A DNA stretch of 62,569 nucleotides, counting the filler, from Basidiobolus meristosporus CBS 931.73 (lineage: Eukaryota; Fungi; Basidiobolomycota): assembly GCA_002104905.1 (NCBI GenBank). It is 5 parts of 5 records of this genome, joined end to end, with 100 filler letters (N's around TTAATTAATTAA, not from the genome) between each part and the next. Parts side by side here need not be neighbours in the genome. Positions count along the whole stretch, not along the records: positions 26,596 to 41,646 come from MCFE01001158.1; 4 more parts are not named here. One strand, given 5' to 3'. Below the pieces are notes generated by a model that saw only the letters and a list, made by a program, of their open reading frames with translations, made no database searches and was not told where the DNA came from. This document shows positions 26,596-39,939 of the stretch, piece by piece. The translations under genes and the position numbers were made by a program. How positions within the stretch are numbered: position 1 is the stretch's first letter; every line of letters begins with the position of its first letter.

Positions 26596-27580
26596 GTAAA
26601 AGAACGCGTCAGCATGTGGCACTACAGGCTGGTTCAGTTGGTTCAGTTGGAGCGATTCAGTGCAGCCAAGCTGCAGCATTGCACTCATCAACTAGGAGGC
26701 AAAATACTGACTACAAATACACAAGTAGCCAAGATGATAGTCAGCCAGGAAGTAGCATAGGTGTGCAAAGTGAGTCACTACCAAATGCTTCAGTAATAAT
26801 CCCTGTGAGAAAAAAGCCCAGGTGAAGATGATGCAATTGCTTTGAATTGCTCAAATTTGTAATGATCCCAATAACCCATTTTTTTTGCAATCCAAATTGA
26901 GCCATTGCAAATCAGTGATCATCAAATTTTTGATATAAATAATATCAAGGTTGTCTCACATTTGAGACAGAACCACTATAAATAAACACCCTGCATATAT
27001 ATATGTCATCTGTATTAACAGTGCAGCTATTGGATCTGTTTTGCACCTACACAATTGCTTGCGTGCCAGCTATGACACCTTGTCCAATCACTGGGATCAG
27101 GGATTTACTTGCTCAATGGGCAAAATGGGATATTTGATGGCAAATCAGGTAGCTTTTATTGTAGTCAATGAGCCAATTGGGGGCTGCCAGCTTCAGGATA
27201 CTTTTGGACCAATTAACCACTGAGATACCATCCAATTGGAGTGAGGGTAACCAAAATGGTAAGTATCAGTGTAGTTTATAGTGTGATACACATTTATTTC
27301 CATTTACATTAAAGAAACATATCCAAATACCGGATTTTACCTGCCATAATAGCGGTATCCAATTGCGCATGTGATGCAAACATTACAAGTTGGTGCAATC
27401 ATCCGTGCCAACCTCATCATGTCAGATTGTGCCATAGTGTGCAAGATTGTCCCACATAGTGCAAAATTGTCCAAGAACAATCCTGCCTTCTGGTAGCTAT
27501 AATATTGCGCCCAATTGTTCTTTACAACCGCAGATTGCGCCACATGCCCTGGCACGGTACAATGGAACAAGTCTAATATA
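26596..27580 (+). repeat. ~1-kb dispersed repeat, copy 1 (copy 2 at 55724..56690), probably TE-derived
   Basis: Colinear match, e.g. cagccaagctgcagcattgcactcatcaact, cttcaggatacttttggaccaattaaccactgagataccatcca and gtaaccaaaatggtaagtatcagtgtagtttatagtgtgatac. Confidence 0.9.
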
Positions 27581-27799
27581 TCTATTTCTGTCTGATAAGG
27601 ATCTACTGATTCATTTGCTGACTAATGTTACTGATATGATGGATAATACTGATTTACTGATAACCTAAACATTTAACTAATTAATTTGACTAAAAACTGA
27701 TCTAACTTAAACATTCAAGCGGCAGATCATAACAATAAATCAAGTTGCTGGTACTAACATATCCCAATCTCATCATGAATATTACTTTCAAGTCTGTCA

Positions 27800-30700
27800 T
27801 GGACATGGAGGACAGCCAGGAAAAGTTGGAAAATACTGAGGATAGATGTGCACATAGAGACACCTATGCCTATGGCAGAAGAAGCTAAGCAGCCCCAATG
27901 TGTGGGTAATTAGTTAAATAATGCAAAGCTGGGTTGGGTGCAACTAGCAGATAATGTTTATTAGGAAAGCTCAACCCAGGTATGCTGATTTTTTCTTAGT
28001 CACAAGGCAATTTATACACCATTCAATACAGAATTTGCACAAACAAGAGCCGGAAGGCACCTATAGGGGGGACTAAAATCCAGCCAGGAGAAGGAATATA
28101 CTGCTTAAATACCAAAAAATTCTTTGTGGATATTCAGGAGGTATTATGGCTAAAGAGGTTGCAATCTAGTATATGTTTGCAAGATATATATTCAACAAGT
28201 AATACTATGTTTATGGCAACTTTGCCAGTATTACACTAAAAGCCATAAAGTTGAGGTTATAGGGGTATTTCAAGTGCAGTGGGGGTGCACATATGTAGAG
28301 GTTAGTATGCAGGGGCCATAGTTTCTTTTGATTCAAACTCTATGTGGAACACCAAAGGTAGTAGTGGGTAAGCAAACAAAGAGGGGTGATTTTCCAGTGG
28401 AATATATGAATGGCACAAGGGGAGGTAGAAAAAGAAAATACCATTTGGCAAATTGGCACTGTAGCATTATACAGAGCTATCTCTATTCCATCATACTGCA
28501 GTATGTATGCCAGCAGAGGTTGGCAATGAGCCTGTCAAAACACCATCAAGTTTCTTGCCATATAAGGCAACCAGATGTATTGGCTAGTTGGGTCTACTTG
28601 AAGGAATGAAGCACACATTTAGACCACCAGAATGCCACGCAATTCCCATGAAAGACCACTAAAACACCATCAAGTTTTTAATTTTGTTGGCAGTGGAACT
28701 AGAAAAAAAGCAATTCAATCCTGTCATAAGATTGCTTGGAGAGTCAATAGCTCCAAGCCGCCAGCATTAGGATGTGGTGATTGTAGGATCCTGATGGCTG
28801 TTGAATTGAATCCACCTGCTGGACCAGATTATTTTTTATAGTGAGCAGGTGTAACATCAGTAAAAGTCTTCTTCTTGTCTAAACCCATGGTGCAATACCT
28901 TATGAGCTATCACTTGGCAATATTATTCTTTGGGAGACATCAAACCTACTGGAGAGATAGATCTGTTGCAACTTAAGAAGTGATTTGGATATAAGGAACT
29001 TATCAAGAAATACTGATAATAGTTGAACTGTTGTTTATTAATAAAGAAGCTCAGTATTTATACCTTTGTAGAAGTAATACAGCTGTAACACTAAGTAAGG
29101 AGGGTTTCTCAATATTCAGGAGCATTCTGTAACAGTTTCAGGGTTAGTACATAATAGTTAGTATTAGTGCTAATTTGATCCTGACTATAGGGGAATAATC
29201 ATAAGATCATAGATCTGAAGAAAGTGGCAAAGTTAGAGCTGTAAGTAAGTCCCACTGTGACCAAGACTAGTCCAGAATTGTTAAGTAAATTCTTAGCTGT
29301 AGAATGATACCAAATAGTCCAATATTTCAACAAGATCAGTGTAAGCTTTGTAGCTCTCACTGCTTTTCTTCCAAGTGGATAGCAGGAGGGGTTTGTAGTG
29401 TATTTTTAGCATATAAAAAGTGTGTGTTTTGGTCATCTTCCAGCACATCCTAGTTGCCTTCAATTGCATCTTCCAGCCCTTAATACCATTGCCATGCAGA
29501 CCCTTCCCTGTTAGTCTTGGGTATAGGTACTGGAACAGGTTAGTTCAATTTGAAATTAAGCTACAACTGAAGTTTGAAAGCAAATCAAGCAATTTGCATG
29601 CATGAAAAGTAAGAATATTGTTTGTGCCAGGAAGTAAGGAGTCTGAAAACAAGGCAATAGCTAATCAATGTACACAAATGTAGGAGGTAACTAAGTTTCC
29701 CAGATCCAATAGTGGGCAAATTGGCAGAGAACCAATCAAAAGCCACTTATGTATAGCTGTGATGAGAAATTTTGACCAAGTTTTTTATGAAACCTAAGTG
29801 CAATTCTTTTAGCAGTCATGGCACAGTGTCCCACAGCATCTAACCTCTTAGTCACAGGACTTAAATTTTGTGATGGCCTTTTGATGGGAGCATCACTGAT
29901 ATTTTTCATAGGGATTAGCTACACTTCAGTGAGGTAGATGACTTTACAAAGAATGGCATTTTGTCTACCACAGCCTCTATGTCCTTCATTGTAGACAGAG
30001 TGGAGATCCTACTGATAGACAAAGCAATAACATCAAGAACAACTGGAGATTCAAAGGAAACAACTCAGTATGTATACTTGATAAGTAAGAGTATTGATTG
30101 TGTTTGGAAGTAAGGAGTGCTAGAAAGAGGCAATAACCAATCAATGCACATAAGCATAGGAATAATTGAGTACAAGGATTGGAGAGTGAGAGAATTGGCA
30201 GAGAACCAATCAAAATTCACTGAGGTATTGCATTAAGAAATGCTCTGATCAAGTTTTTTGTGAAATCATAGGTGTGATTTTATTTCCATAGTCTTTGCAA
30301 GATGTCCTGGGAGCATCAATAGTTCTTAAGCATGGGTTTAAAACTTTTTGACTGCCTTTGGATAAGATTGTCACAGTTATTTTGCATTTGGGTCCAGCAA
30401 TAGCTTGGATTGAATCATAAGAAAGCAGTGAGAGTTTGCACTATAGGAGACTGTATAACTGTGAGTCAGGAGTATCCCAGAAGTTATCACTCTAATATCA
30501 CAAGGCAGAAGATCACAACAAATTGGAAGTAGCCAAATTTACTTTATCAAAGACCTTAAGAAAAAAATTGAGAAAAGGCCAGCATAACACCAATATAATG
30601 TCAGCGGAATCCAAAGTTTCTCAAAGACAACAGCTCTGAATATCTCAGGTACTAGCTGTTGGGCTCACCAGCAGATATATTTTCCTTACAGAGACTAGGC

Positions 30701-31870
30701 CAACTATTAATCATACCAAACTTGGTGTTTCGCTCATCCCTCCTTCTGCCAAAAATTGCAATTGAAAATTGGAGGAAAAAGCACCAGCTGAACATTAGCA
30801 AGCTACCATTGAAATGCTAGCAGTATATTGGCTGAAAATTAGGTGAATTCCAAGTTTGAGATTTTTCATATGGAAGCAGTTCAAATGCTCAGTCTACAAG
30901 TATCCAAACTTAGTATATGCCTATTCAGTCCACATTGATGAGCCCCAGAAGTAGAACCGGCCATAAATAGCTGTCAGACAAATTGTTGAAGATTGGCAAT
31001 GACTGCAAACATCAAGCCTGGATAGAAATTCAAACTTGGCATTTGGTCAAATACAAAATCAATCAAAAATTAATTAGATGGTGATTGGACTTCAAGATAA
31101 GGTACAAGGCTGATGGTACAAGTGAAAGATGAAATCAAGATTTATTGTCAAAGAATAGTCTCAAAAAAAATGACAAGACTATTCTGAAGCCTTTGTCCTG
31201 GTAGCTAAGCTTAATTCCATAAGATTGGTATTTGCTATTGCAGCCAAATATATGTTTTTTACTCATCAACTAGATGTAAAAGCTGCATTCTTGAAAGGGA
31301 AACAGTCACCCAAGTTTGAAATGAACTATGAACTCACACTTGGAATCCCTGTGTCTCAGAAGCAGTACTGTGGACTGCAGGATTTTCTTTAAGCCCAAAG
31401 GTGCAATTCCTGCTCTATTAATGCCATATATGAATAATTTCATTATAGTCACAAATAACCACAAAATATTATAAGTTACTAAATCCAGCCTATCTAAGCC
31501 CTGAGAGAGTAATTAAGAAAAGGTCAGTTGAATCCCATCATAATATCTGGTGAATTCTAAGTGGCTCATATCCAACACTCTCAATATCTCAGGTACTAGC
31601 TGTTTGTCAGACAAGCAATTGGATTTTCCAAGAGGAGACTAGGCCAACCAGCTTTCATACCAGACTTAATATCAGCTGTGCACTACTACCATCCAAAATT
31701 CCAGTTTGAAACTTGAACAAAAAATTGGTTGAGTACCAGCAAAATACCATTAGAATACTGGCTGAATATCAGATGAGATCCCAGTTTGAGATTTCTCATA
31801 TGGAAGGAGTTCAAAGTGTTCAACCCAGGGGTGCTCAGTAACCACATAGGGATAGAGTTCTCTGTAGACA
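27800..31870 (-). mobile_element. Highly decayed non-LTR (LINE-like) retroelement relics with internal duplications, interleaved with a copia relic
   Basis: AT-rich, CpG-poor and stop-riddled. Minus-strand peptides VLEDDQNTHFLYAK (like GDRNTKFFHA) and PNAGGLELLTL (like GGLGL) recall LINE ORF2. Diverged internal repeats at ~29640-29900/30100-30400 and ~30635-30890/31580-31820. Confidence 0.4.
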
Positions 31871-33067
31871 GAAGTACCTAGACTATCACCTGAGTCAGCC
31901 TAAATATTTTCATGATATGTATAAGTAGCAAATTCAAGACTGTAAGCTAGCAACTACCCCAATGGAGAAAGACATTTACTTGGTCAAACCTCAACCAAAT
32001 CAAGAGTGCCAGGTACCATCTGATAACCAAGACTTCACTTACCAGTTATGATTGGCAGCCCCATGTATGTTATGCTAGGCATATTTCCAGATATCTCAAA
32101 TTAAGAGGGAGCTATCAGCCAGCATAATTAGAACTATGAATCTGATCAGTTGAGCAGATTTTTAGGTACCTAAAAGGAACTGCTGATATCTACTATGTGC
32201 TAAGGCTACACCTATAAGCACTCAGAACAGGGTCTTTTGGGATACTCTAATGCTGATTGGGGAAAAATTTGGAAGGCAGAAGATCCATCATGTAATACAT
32301 CATTCTGGACCATACTGGAGTAATGTCATGGAATTCAAGAATGCAAACAACCATTGCACTTTCCACCACAGAGGCGGAGTATATGGTAGCCTGTGAGGCT
32401 ACAAAAGAAGCAATGCAGCTAAGAAAGCTCTTTAAAGACATAGGCTTATGTTAAGTAGTACTTATTACTTTATTTCAAGATAATCATGGATGTATACAAA
32501 TAGGTAGAAATCCAACTAATGATGCTAGAACTGAGCAAATAGATATTGCGCGTCACTACATATGAGAAGCTATAGAGAATAGCTTAGTTAACTTAGTTTA
32601 CTACTCTGCAGATGAAATGATTGCACATATATCTACCAAGCTGTTAGCTAGAGACAAATTTGAATATCTTGGGTCACAGTTAGGACTAGTCAGTACAAGC
32701 ATTTAGCTGAATGGGAGTGTTGCAAAAATTTGTAATTCCACCTAGATATTCACCTAACCTAGTCACTTAGATTATTACCTACAAACCTTAGAGAATGCCA
32801 GCCAAATTCCATATTGGGATTTACTTGGAATATCTTCACCAAAACATCAGGTACCCAGAACATCAAATTTTGATACATTGTCCAAACAGTCCCAAATGTT
32901 GCACTCATGCTCTTGTAGTCTTGCTAAGCATATTCTGTGTGTTTGTTTTGCCAAGAACATATCAAAGTATAAATACTACTTTTACATTCAATAAATCATG
33001 AAGTGAAAACCACATAATCTACTTGTCCTCCCAATCACTTCCAATGTTTCCAAAAACTCTTACAACA
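30900..33067 (+). mobile_element. Decayed copia element: RT and RNase H remnants, PPT and 3' LTR (32718..33067)
   Basis: 30900-31298 matches 61035-61450 (atgcctattcagtccacattgatga) and 31880-32700 matches 61830 onward. The RT middle is replaced by unrelated sequence. Purine tract gaatgggag precedes the TG...CA LTR. Confidence 0.88.
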
Positions 33068-33611
33068 ATCATGACAGTCAGCTCCACAGGCTGTAATCTA
33101 AGTGACTCAGTTCATGGGCTATTTAGGTGCAAGTACAAAGCTTACAACAAATAAAGTAGCTGAGTGCTGAATAGGAGGGAGTATTCTATTGCTCCATAGC
33201 ATATCAAGAATTGATAGATATGCACTTTACTAAAACTGTTAAAGCAACTATGTGAGTAAGCAGTAGAGGAGAATGGAGAGATGAATGCAGTGGCAATGTG
33301 CTTGTAGGCAGGCTGATACTTCCCAACCGTTTCATTCATCCTATAATTCCACAGGGCATGAAACATGCCCTTCAAGCTCAGTGGTGAAACACTATTTGGC
33401 AACATTGATCTGGTGTGGAATTGTAAAGTGCGATTATAAAAGAGGCAGATTCTCTATGCTAACATACAGGCTACAATTTCCGAGTGGTGGCATGGCCAAG
33501 TGGCTTACATCAAATGCTGGCTTAGTTTCCGTCGACCAAACGACCATGATAGCATTGCAATGAAGAGAAATGCGGTTTGATTCTAGTGTTTATTATGAAC
33601 CGGTGGTATGG

Positions 33612-34948
33612 TTAAGCATGGATATTGCATCCAAGAGTTCTTTGAATTAGCAGACCCGCTACTCGTTTCACATCACACTCCATGAACACCTCCACCCGAT
33701 TTAGGGACACAGTCCAGTTGCTGGGATCCGCTTGGTTGGTCCCATCCTCGACGACGCTGCTCGCAACCCCCTCTTGCATCGACTTGGACCAGAAGCGACG
33801 ATCCCGGACACACATGCCGCGTGTGATATGACCTTCATCCTCCACCCGGATGTCAAGCCATTTACTCACCCAACCACCTTCAACGAGCGCATCGTTGGTG
33901 ATGTCCACGAAACCCGCCATACAGCTAGGATCGTGAAGTTGGATGGAATCCCAGTTGAATTTGGCCTTCATATTGGAGGCAGGATGTTGGAGTAACTGGG
34001 CGAAAAAGGCCCCTGCTGGCGTCCGAAGGGTCCCGATCGGGTCCTGGATAGTCTTACTCGACAGGGACACCGATCCGGTCAAATCAGTGGGGAAGAGACG
34101 GATGTGGATGGGCAAGGTGGTCTCCACTTCTTGGTACTTTCGGTGGATGTCTGGGTGGAAGCCACGAGAGGCGTTCATCACAATGGCCGCCGCGTGTGGG
34201 TCGGCGTAGAAGTTGAACTCGGCCACGGCGGTCACGTTTCCGGGCACGTCCACTGCACCGCCCATGATACAGATCTGCTTCGCGCGGCCCATAGTCACCC
34301 TGTCCTTCTGCAGGGCCAACGCGATGTTGGTTAGCGGGCCAAGCGCCACGATAGATACGGTGAATGGTGGGTTCGACTTGAGCTGGTGCAGTATCTCGTC
34401 CACGGCGTTACGACGGGTGGCTTGGTAGTACTTCGGTAGGTGCTGGGGATCTTCACCGAGGTTCACGGCCATCTCGTCGGACTTCTCGGCAGCCTTCTTG
34501 AACCAGATATGCTTCCACTCCTCCGGGGCCAAGTCGGGCATGCTTTCGTGGATATTTCCCAGGCCATCCTGACCATGGAAATACTCGGCGGAAAACGGTT
34601 CGCACTTCATAGGCTTCTCGGCACCTAGATAGACGCGGTTAGGATTGTCTGGCAACGAAACTGGCAGGGTGATGTGGGGAAGGTTTGCCGCCTACCAAGC
34701 GCAATCACCGGGACCTGTTTCTCGAAAACCCCGAGGCCCGTTTTCTGCCTGTGTAGGCGCTCTTCCTCCATCACCTTCAGTAAGGCGACCAGATTTTTGG
34801 AACTGTTCTCAAGGCAGGTGTTCCCGTGGGTTAGGGTGCAGGCAAGTATTTCTAAGTTGGGTGAGGTGATGGCATACGCAATAGCCAGAGTGTCGTCGAT
34901 ACCAGGGTCGGTATCGATGATCAGCTTGGAAGGTTGAGGGATGGACAT
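33612..34948 (-). CDS. Inosine/uridine-preferring nucleoside hydrolase, paralog 1; intron at 34625..34695
   Basis: Ca-binding DTDPGIDD, HGN, FHGQDGLG, GPLTN, MGG...GN...AEFNFYADP and LHDP. Confidence 0.93.
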
Positions 34949-36426
34949 TTGGGGAACCTGGTTCTTGGGTGGAGCTTTTATCTGCTCCGACTGGGAGTAT
35001 TTTCCCCCTATGGATATACACTGGAACATTTACTCAGCATGAGTAACCCGCCATCACCGCTGTAATGAGGATGGCTGTGCCCATTTGATCATAACATCCT
35101 AATGGAGTAGATATTCTATACATTTCCTGATTGTTTAGGGCTGGCAATATATATATGTGTATATGATTGACGGGTCATCCATTTCCCACGGTTTATTTCA
35201 TGAAAATTGTCATATTGGTGTGGTCAGGTAAACAAGGCCATTTCCTTTGCAGGCCCTATGAGCCAAATGCACCAACTAGTTTGAATCCCCTCTTTCCCCC
35301 GCCAGCCTAACCTTGTGGAGATTGAGTCTATTGACTTTACCAAGCTTCCCCTTGTTTCCGGAAAGTCCCGATATTGCGCGTCAGCGACAGCCAGAGCTGT
35401 GTGCGATGCTTGTAAAGACTATATGGGAGCCACCCAACCACTTGTTTGCCCACCCAGGTGGCCCATGTTCATCGCTCCTTGTGAACTGCATGATAAAGGC
35501 TCCAGTCCAAGACAGCTTGGCCAGGATTTTTAGCGAGATCAAAGGTTGACCAGCCCAGAATCCCCAGTTGAAACCGGTTTGGTCAATTGCTCTTGGGCCA
35601 CGTGAGCAGCATCCACAATGGAATCGTGACAGCGTTTGATCCTTGACGCATGGGCTAATGTGCACCATCTTTCTACTTGGAATCTCATCTTACAGTCCGA
35701 TGACGAGAACGCACGGCGCATAGCTAGGCCAGGATGTCGAGCTGTTCCTCGGGACAATATGCGTAAGTCTGGATGGACCCGGTGCTAAACAGCAACCTAC
35801 CCCTCAACGCATGAGCGATGCATACGATGTGCAAGAGGCGCCAATGCCCACTCACTCTGACCGAATCGCATGGGACACCCACCACTGGCCGATTTTAGCA
35901 AAGATGGAGACTGGTGGCAGGGCAGTGACAGCTGGACATCGGCTTTTCTTCCACTAGGAAGCTGGATGCGAGCCAAGCCGATCCGATGTAGGAAAGCAAT
36001 CCACCTTCCATCCGATCCCCATTGGTCGCTCATGTGATTCCAAGGTTCTCCACCCAATTGAGAAGAGTCTGCCCTGGGCCGTATGATTGGCTCAATGTGG
36101 GGGGTCGTTGATTGGAGCATATGGAATCAACCCAAACGATGTCAGAACATCTGGAGCACTGCATATGGTTGCTAGATCATCTGCCAGCATTCTGTGGGTG
36201 GTGGGGGAGGATGGGAATGGTCTGCGGAGAATAGTGAGTGATTGAAATGTTCCATGCACCAACCTCACAACTGCGCCGATGTTCAAGTGATGAGAATCCC
36301 ATTTCAATCCAAATTTATTATATAAATCGACCAGGTGGGTTCACATTTGGAAGTCCCCATCACTGCTTTGCTCGTTTTCCACCCATCCCCACTTCTCCAT
36401 AACCACCAGCATTCCACTACTTTACC

Positions 36427-37946
36427 ATGACCCAATATTCACCTGTCAAAGACAGGGAGTTGCCCGAGGAGGTTGATGTCGAGCGTCGCCACAGCGATGC
36501 CTCGCCCCTGTTGGGCCAGGGGTCTTCCTCTTCGCAAAAAGCCTTTCCGGTCGCTGACGCTCCCCAAGCGACGGTTTTCTCCTCCTGCATCAATCTGGCG
36601 AATACCATCTTGGGAGCGGGGATGTTTGCCATGGTTAGTTTTCAAGTATTGTCCGCTGTCACGAAACCGAATTGTAGTCTAACCAAACCCACCCCAGCCC
36701 TCCGCCATCGCCTCCGTGGGTTTGTTGATAGGTTCTGGCTTGATCGGGTTTTCGGGCTGCGCCTCCGGGCTTGGGCTTTATCTGCTTGCACGTTGCGCCA
36801 GCCGGGTCGACGGACGTAACGCCTCCTTCAACACCATCTCGCTGTTGAGTTATCCTGACGCCGCGATCTGGTTCGACTCGGCCATTGCCATAAAGTGTTT
36901 CGGTGTGAGCATCTCGTACCTGATTGTCATTGGGGACCTGATGCCCGAGGTGATGGATTGGTTCGGTGTGGGTTCGGCGTACAAATTCCTGCTTGACCGC
37001 CGGTTCTGGATCACGGTGTTTATGCTCTTCATAATCCCACTCACGTTCTTAAGGAAGTTGGATTCGTTAAGGTACACAAGCTTCGTTGCGCTGAGCGCGG
37101 TGGTATATCTGCTGATCATCGTGGTGTACCACTATGTGGACCCCGAGCGACCTTCTCCACCACCGGAAGAGATTCACTGGGTGAACTTCAGTGAGAAGTT
37201 CTTGGCTCGGTTCCCGATCTTTGTTTTCGCCTTCACCTGTCATCAAAATATCTTCACCGTGTACAACGAGCTTCACGACAACTCGGACAGACAGGTGAAC
37301 TCGGTCATCTACTACTCCATCGGGGCGTCTTTTCTGGTGTACCAGACGGTTGGCGTCCTCGGGTACTTGACGTTTGGTGACCACGTGTTGGGCAACATCA
37401 TCAAGATGTACGACAACGGCTTGGTGTTAACTATCGGCCGATTCGCACTTGTCATCTTGGTCATGTTCTCTTACCCGTTGCAAGCGCATCCCTGTCGTGC
37501 ATCGGTCGATAAGGTGTTGAACGTGGCGTTCCATACAAATCTCGAGGTCCCACAATATGAGGAAGAAGACGGCAAGCCCGATGATACCCCACAGCCTCAC
37601 TCATACGAGATATCGAACCTTCGGTTCTTCACCATCACGCCCATCATCATTGTAAGCACCTACCTGATCGCCATTTCCGTGTCGCAGTTAGACTTGGTAA
37701 GCCCACAAGTATCCATCTCAAGTGAACCATTAGATGATTAACCCTTTACTGGTCGACTAGGTCCTTTCCTTTGTTGGCTCCACAGGATCGACCGCCATCT
37801 CGTTCATCCTCCCTGGTCTCTTCTACACCAAGATTCATCAGAACGACCCATGGAACCTCACCCGGATCTTGGCCGTGATGCTCCTCGTTTACGGGGTGTG
37901 TGTGATGACCATTTGCCTTAGCTACAACATCTACCACTTGTTTTAA
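36427..37946 (+). CDS. Aa_trans (AAAP) amino-acid transporter, Avt5/6/7-like; introns near 36634..36697 and 37697..37760
   Basis: INLANTILGAGM, AIAIKCFGVSISYLIVIGDLMP, FVFAFTCHQNIF, SYPLQAHPCR and VGSTGSTAISFILPG; about 11 TM segments. Confidence 0.92.
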
Positions 37947-38128
37947 AGGACCATCCATGTCGGTCCAACCACCCCACCACCCCTTCACCTCACCACGTCT
38001 GTACCTTGCCATCCGATTAACCAGATACTGATTGTTATACATAGTTCGAATGTTAATATTTAATTAAATTAGCCCACATTTAGTTCCACTACCTCTTCCG
38101 ACAATGATACAAACTTCGAGAGACCCGT

Positions 38129-39462
38129 TTATGCGTGAATGTTACAGCCAAGCGTCCTTTCGATCAGCAAACTGGCCGCCCGCTTCTCGTCACACTTCAG
38201 GAACACCTCGACCCGGTTCAGCGATACGGTCCAGTTGCTGGGATCCGCTTGGTTGGTCCCATCCTCGACGGCGCTGCTCGCAATACCCTCTTGCATGGAC
38301 TCGGACCAGACTCGACGGTCCCGGACACACATGCCGCGTGTGAGGTGACCTTCGTCCTCCACCCGGATGTCGAGCCATTTGCTGGCCCAACCGCCTTCGA
38401 CAAGAGCGTCGTTTGCGGTATCCACGAAGCCGACCATGCAAGTTGGATCATGAAGCTCGATGAAATCCTGATCGTAATGGGACTTCATGATGGATGCGGG
38501 GTACTTGAGGAGCCTGCTGAAGAAATGGCCCGCCGGGGTCTCGAGGGAGCCGATGGGGTGCTCGATGGCGGCGTTTGGTAGGGATACGTTGCCGGTCAAG
38601 TCGGTGGGGAAGAGACGGATGTGGATGGGCAAGGTGGTCTCCACTTCTTGGTACTTTCGGTGGATGTCTGGGTGGAAGCCGCGAGAGGCGTTCATCACAA
38701 TGGCCGCCGCGTGTGGGTCGGCGTAGAAGTTGAACTCGGCCACGGCGGTCACGTTTCCGGGCACGTCCACTGCACCGCCCATGATACAGATCTGCTTCGC
38801 GCGGCCCATAGTCACCCTGTCCTTCTGCAGGGCCAACGCGATGTTGGTTAGCGGGCCAAGCGCCACGATGGATACGGTGAAAGGTGGGTTCGACTTGAGC
38901 TGGTGCAACATCTCGTCCACCGCGTGGCGATGGGTGGTTTGGTAGTACTTTGGCAGGGTCTCGGGGTCTTCGCCGAGTTGCTTGGCCACCTCATCCGACT
39001 CTTCAGCCGCCTTCTTGATCCAGATTTGCTTCCACTCCTCCGGCACCAAGTCGGGAACACTCTCGTGAATATTTCCCAGACCGTCTCGACCGTGGAAGAA
39101 TTCGGCGAACAGGGTATCGTGCTTCAACGGCTTCTCGGCACCTAGACAACACCGGCCAGAGGTTAGAAAGGGAGGCAAGAGGAACCAAGATGCACCACTG
39201 AACACTTACCAAGCGCGATCACCGGAACATGTTTCTTGAAAGTTCCGGTGCCGAGTTTCTCTCTGTAGAGACGCTCCTCCTCCATCACCTTCAGCAAGGC
39301 GACAAGGTTCTTGGAGCAGTTTTCGAGGCAGGTGTTTCCGTGGGTAAGGGTGCAGGCCAGGATATCGAGGTTGGGTGAGGTGATGGCATATCCGATGGCT
39401 AGGATGTCGTCGATGCCGGGGTCGGTATCGATGATCACTTTGGATAGCTCGGAGTTGGTCAT
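38129..39462 (-). CDS. Inosine/uridine-preferring nucleoside hydrolase, paralog 2; intron at 39142..39209
   Basis: Same motifs as paralog 1 (DTDPGIDD, FHGRDGLG, GPLTN, AEFNFYADP, LHDP) with the intron at the same position. Confidence 0.93.
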
Positions 39463-39939
39463 TTTCTTGAAAAAATATTATGGTGGTTGCGGTGGGCTCA
39501 TCGAGCTTTTATTTTACCATCGCCATGTCCAGGTATGCGGCAATCAAGGCTCCACTTCCTCAGGCTCCCCCGGTGGATCACCCAAAATCACCCTTCATCT
39601 GTACAAATCCGGCAGGTCCATTCAATCTGGAATACTTCCTGAAGTTAAATGCATTTGAATGTTACCGGTTTTGGTGCCGGGTTCACTGCGATGTCAATCC
39701 CACTCATATATTAGGTTACACTCAAGGATCCCATGAGCAACCCGTTTCAACCAATCTTTCTTTGCTCCCGACTGAAACTAGCAAATTGATCGGTTTGGGT
39801 GGAATTTTCCTACAGAACAAAGAAATTTGCGCGCACGAGATCTAGGTTTAATTGGGTTTATTATGCTGAGCTGGATGTTCAAGTGTTGGTGATGAACGAT
39901 GAATGCAATTTAATTACGGGTCAACATTGATTAGTCAAG

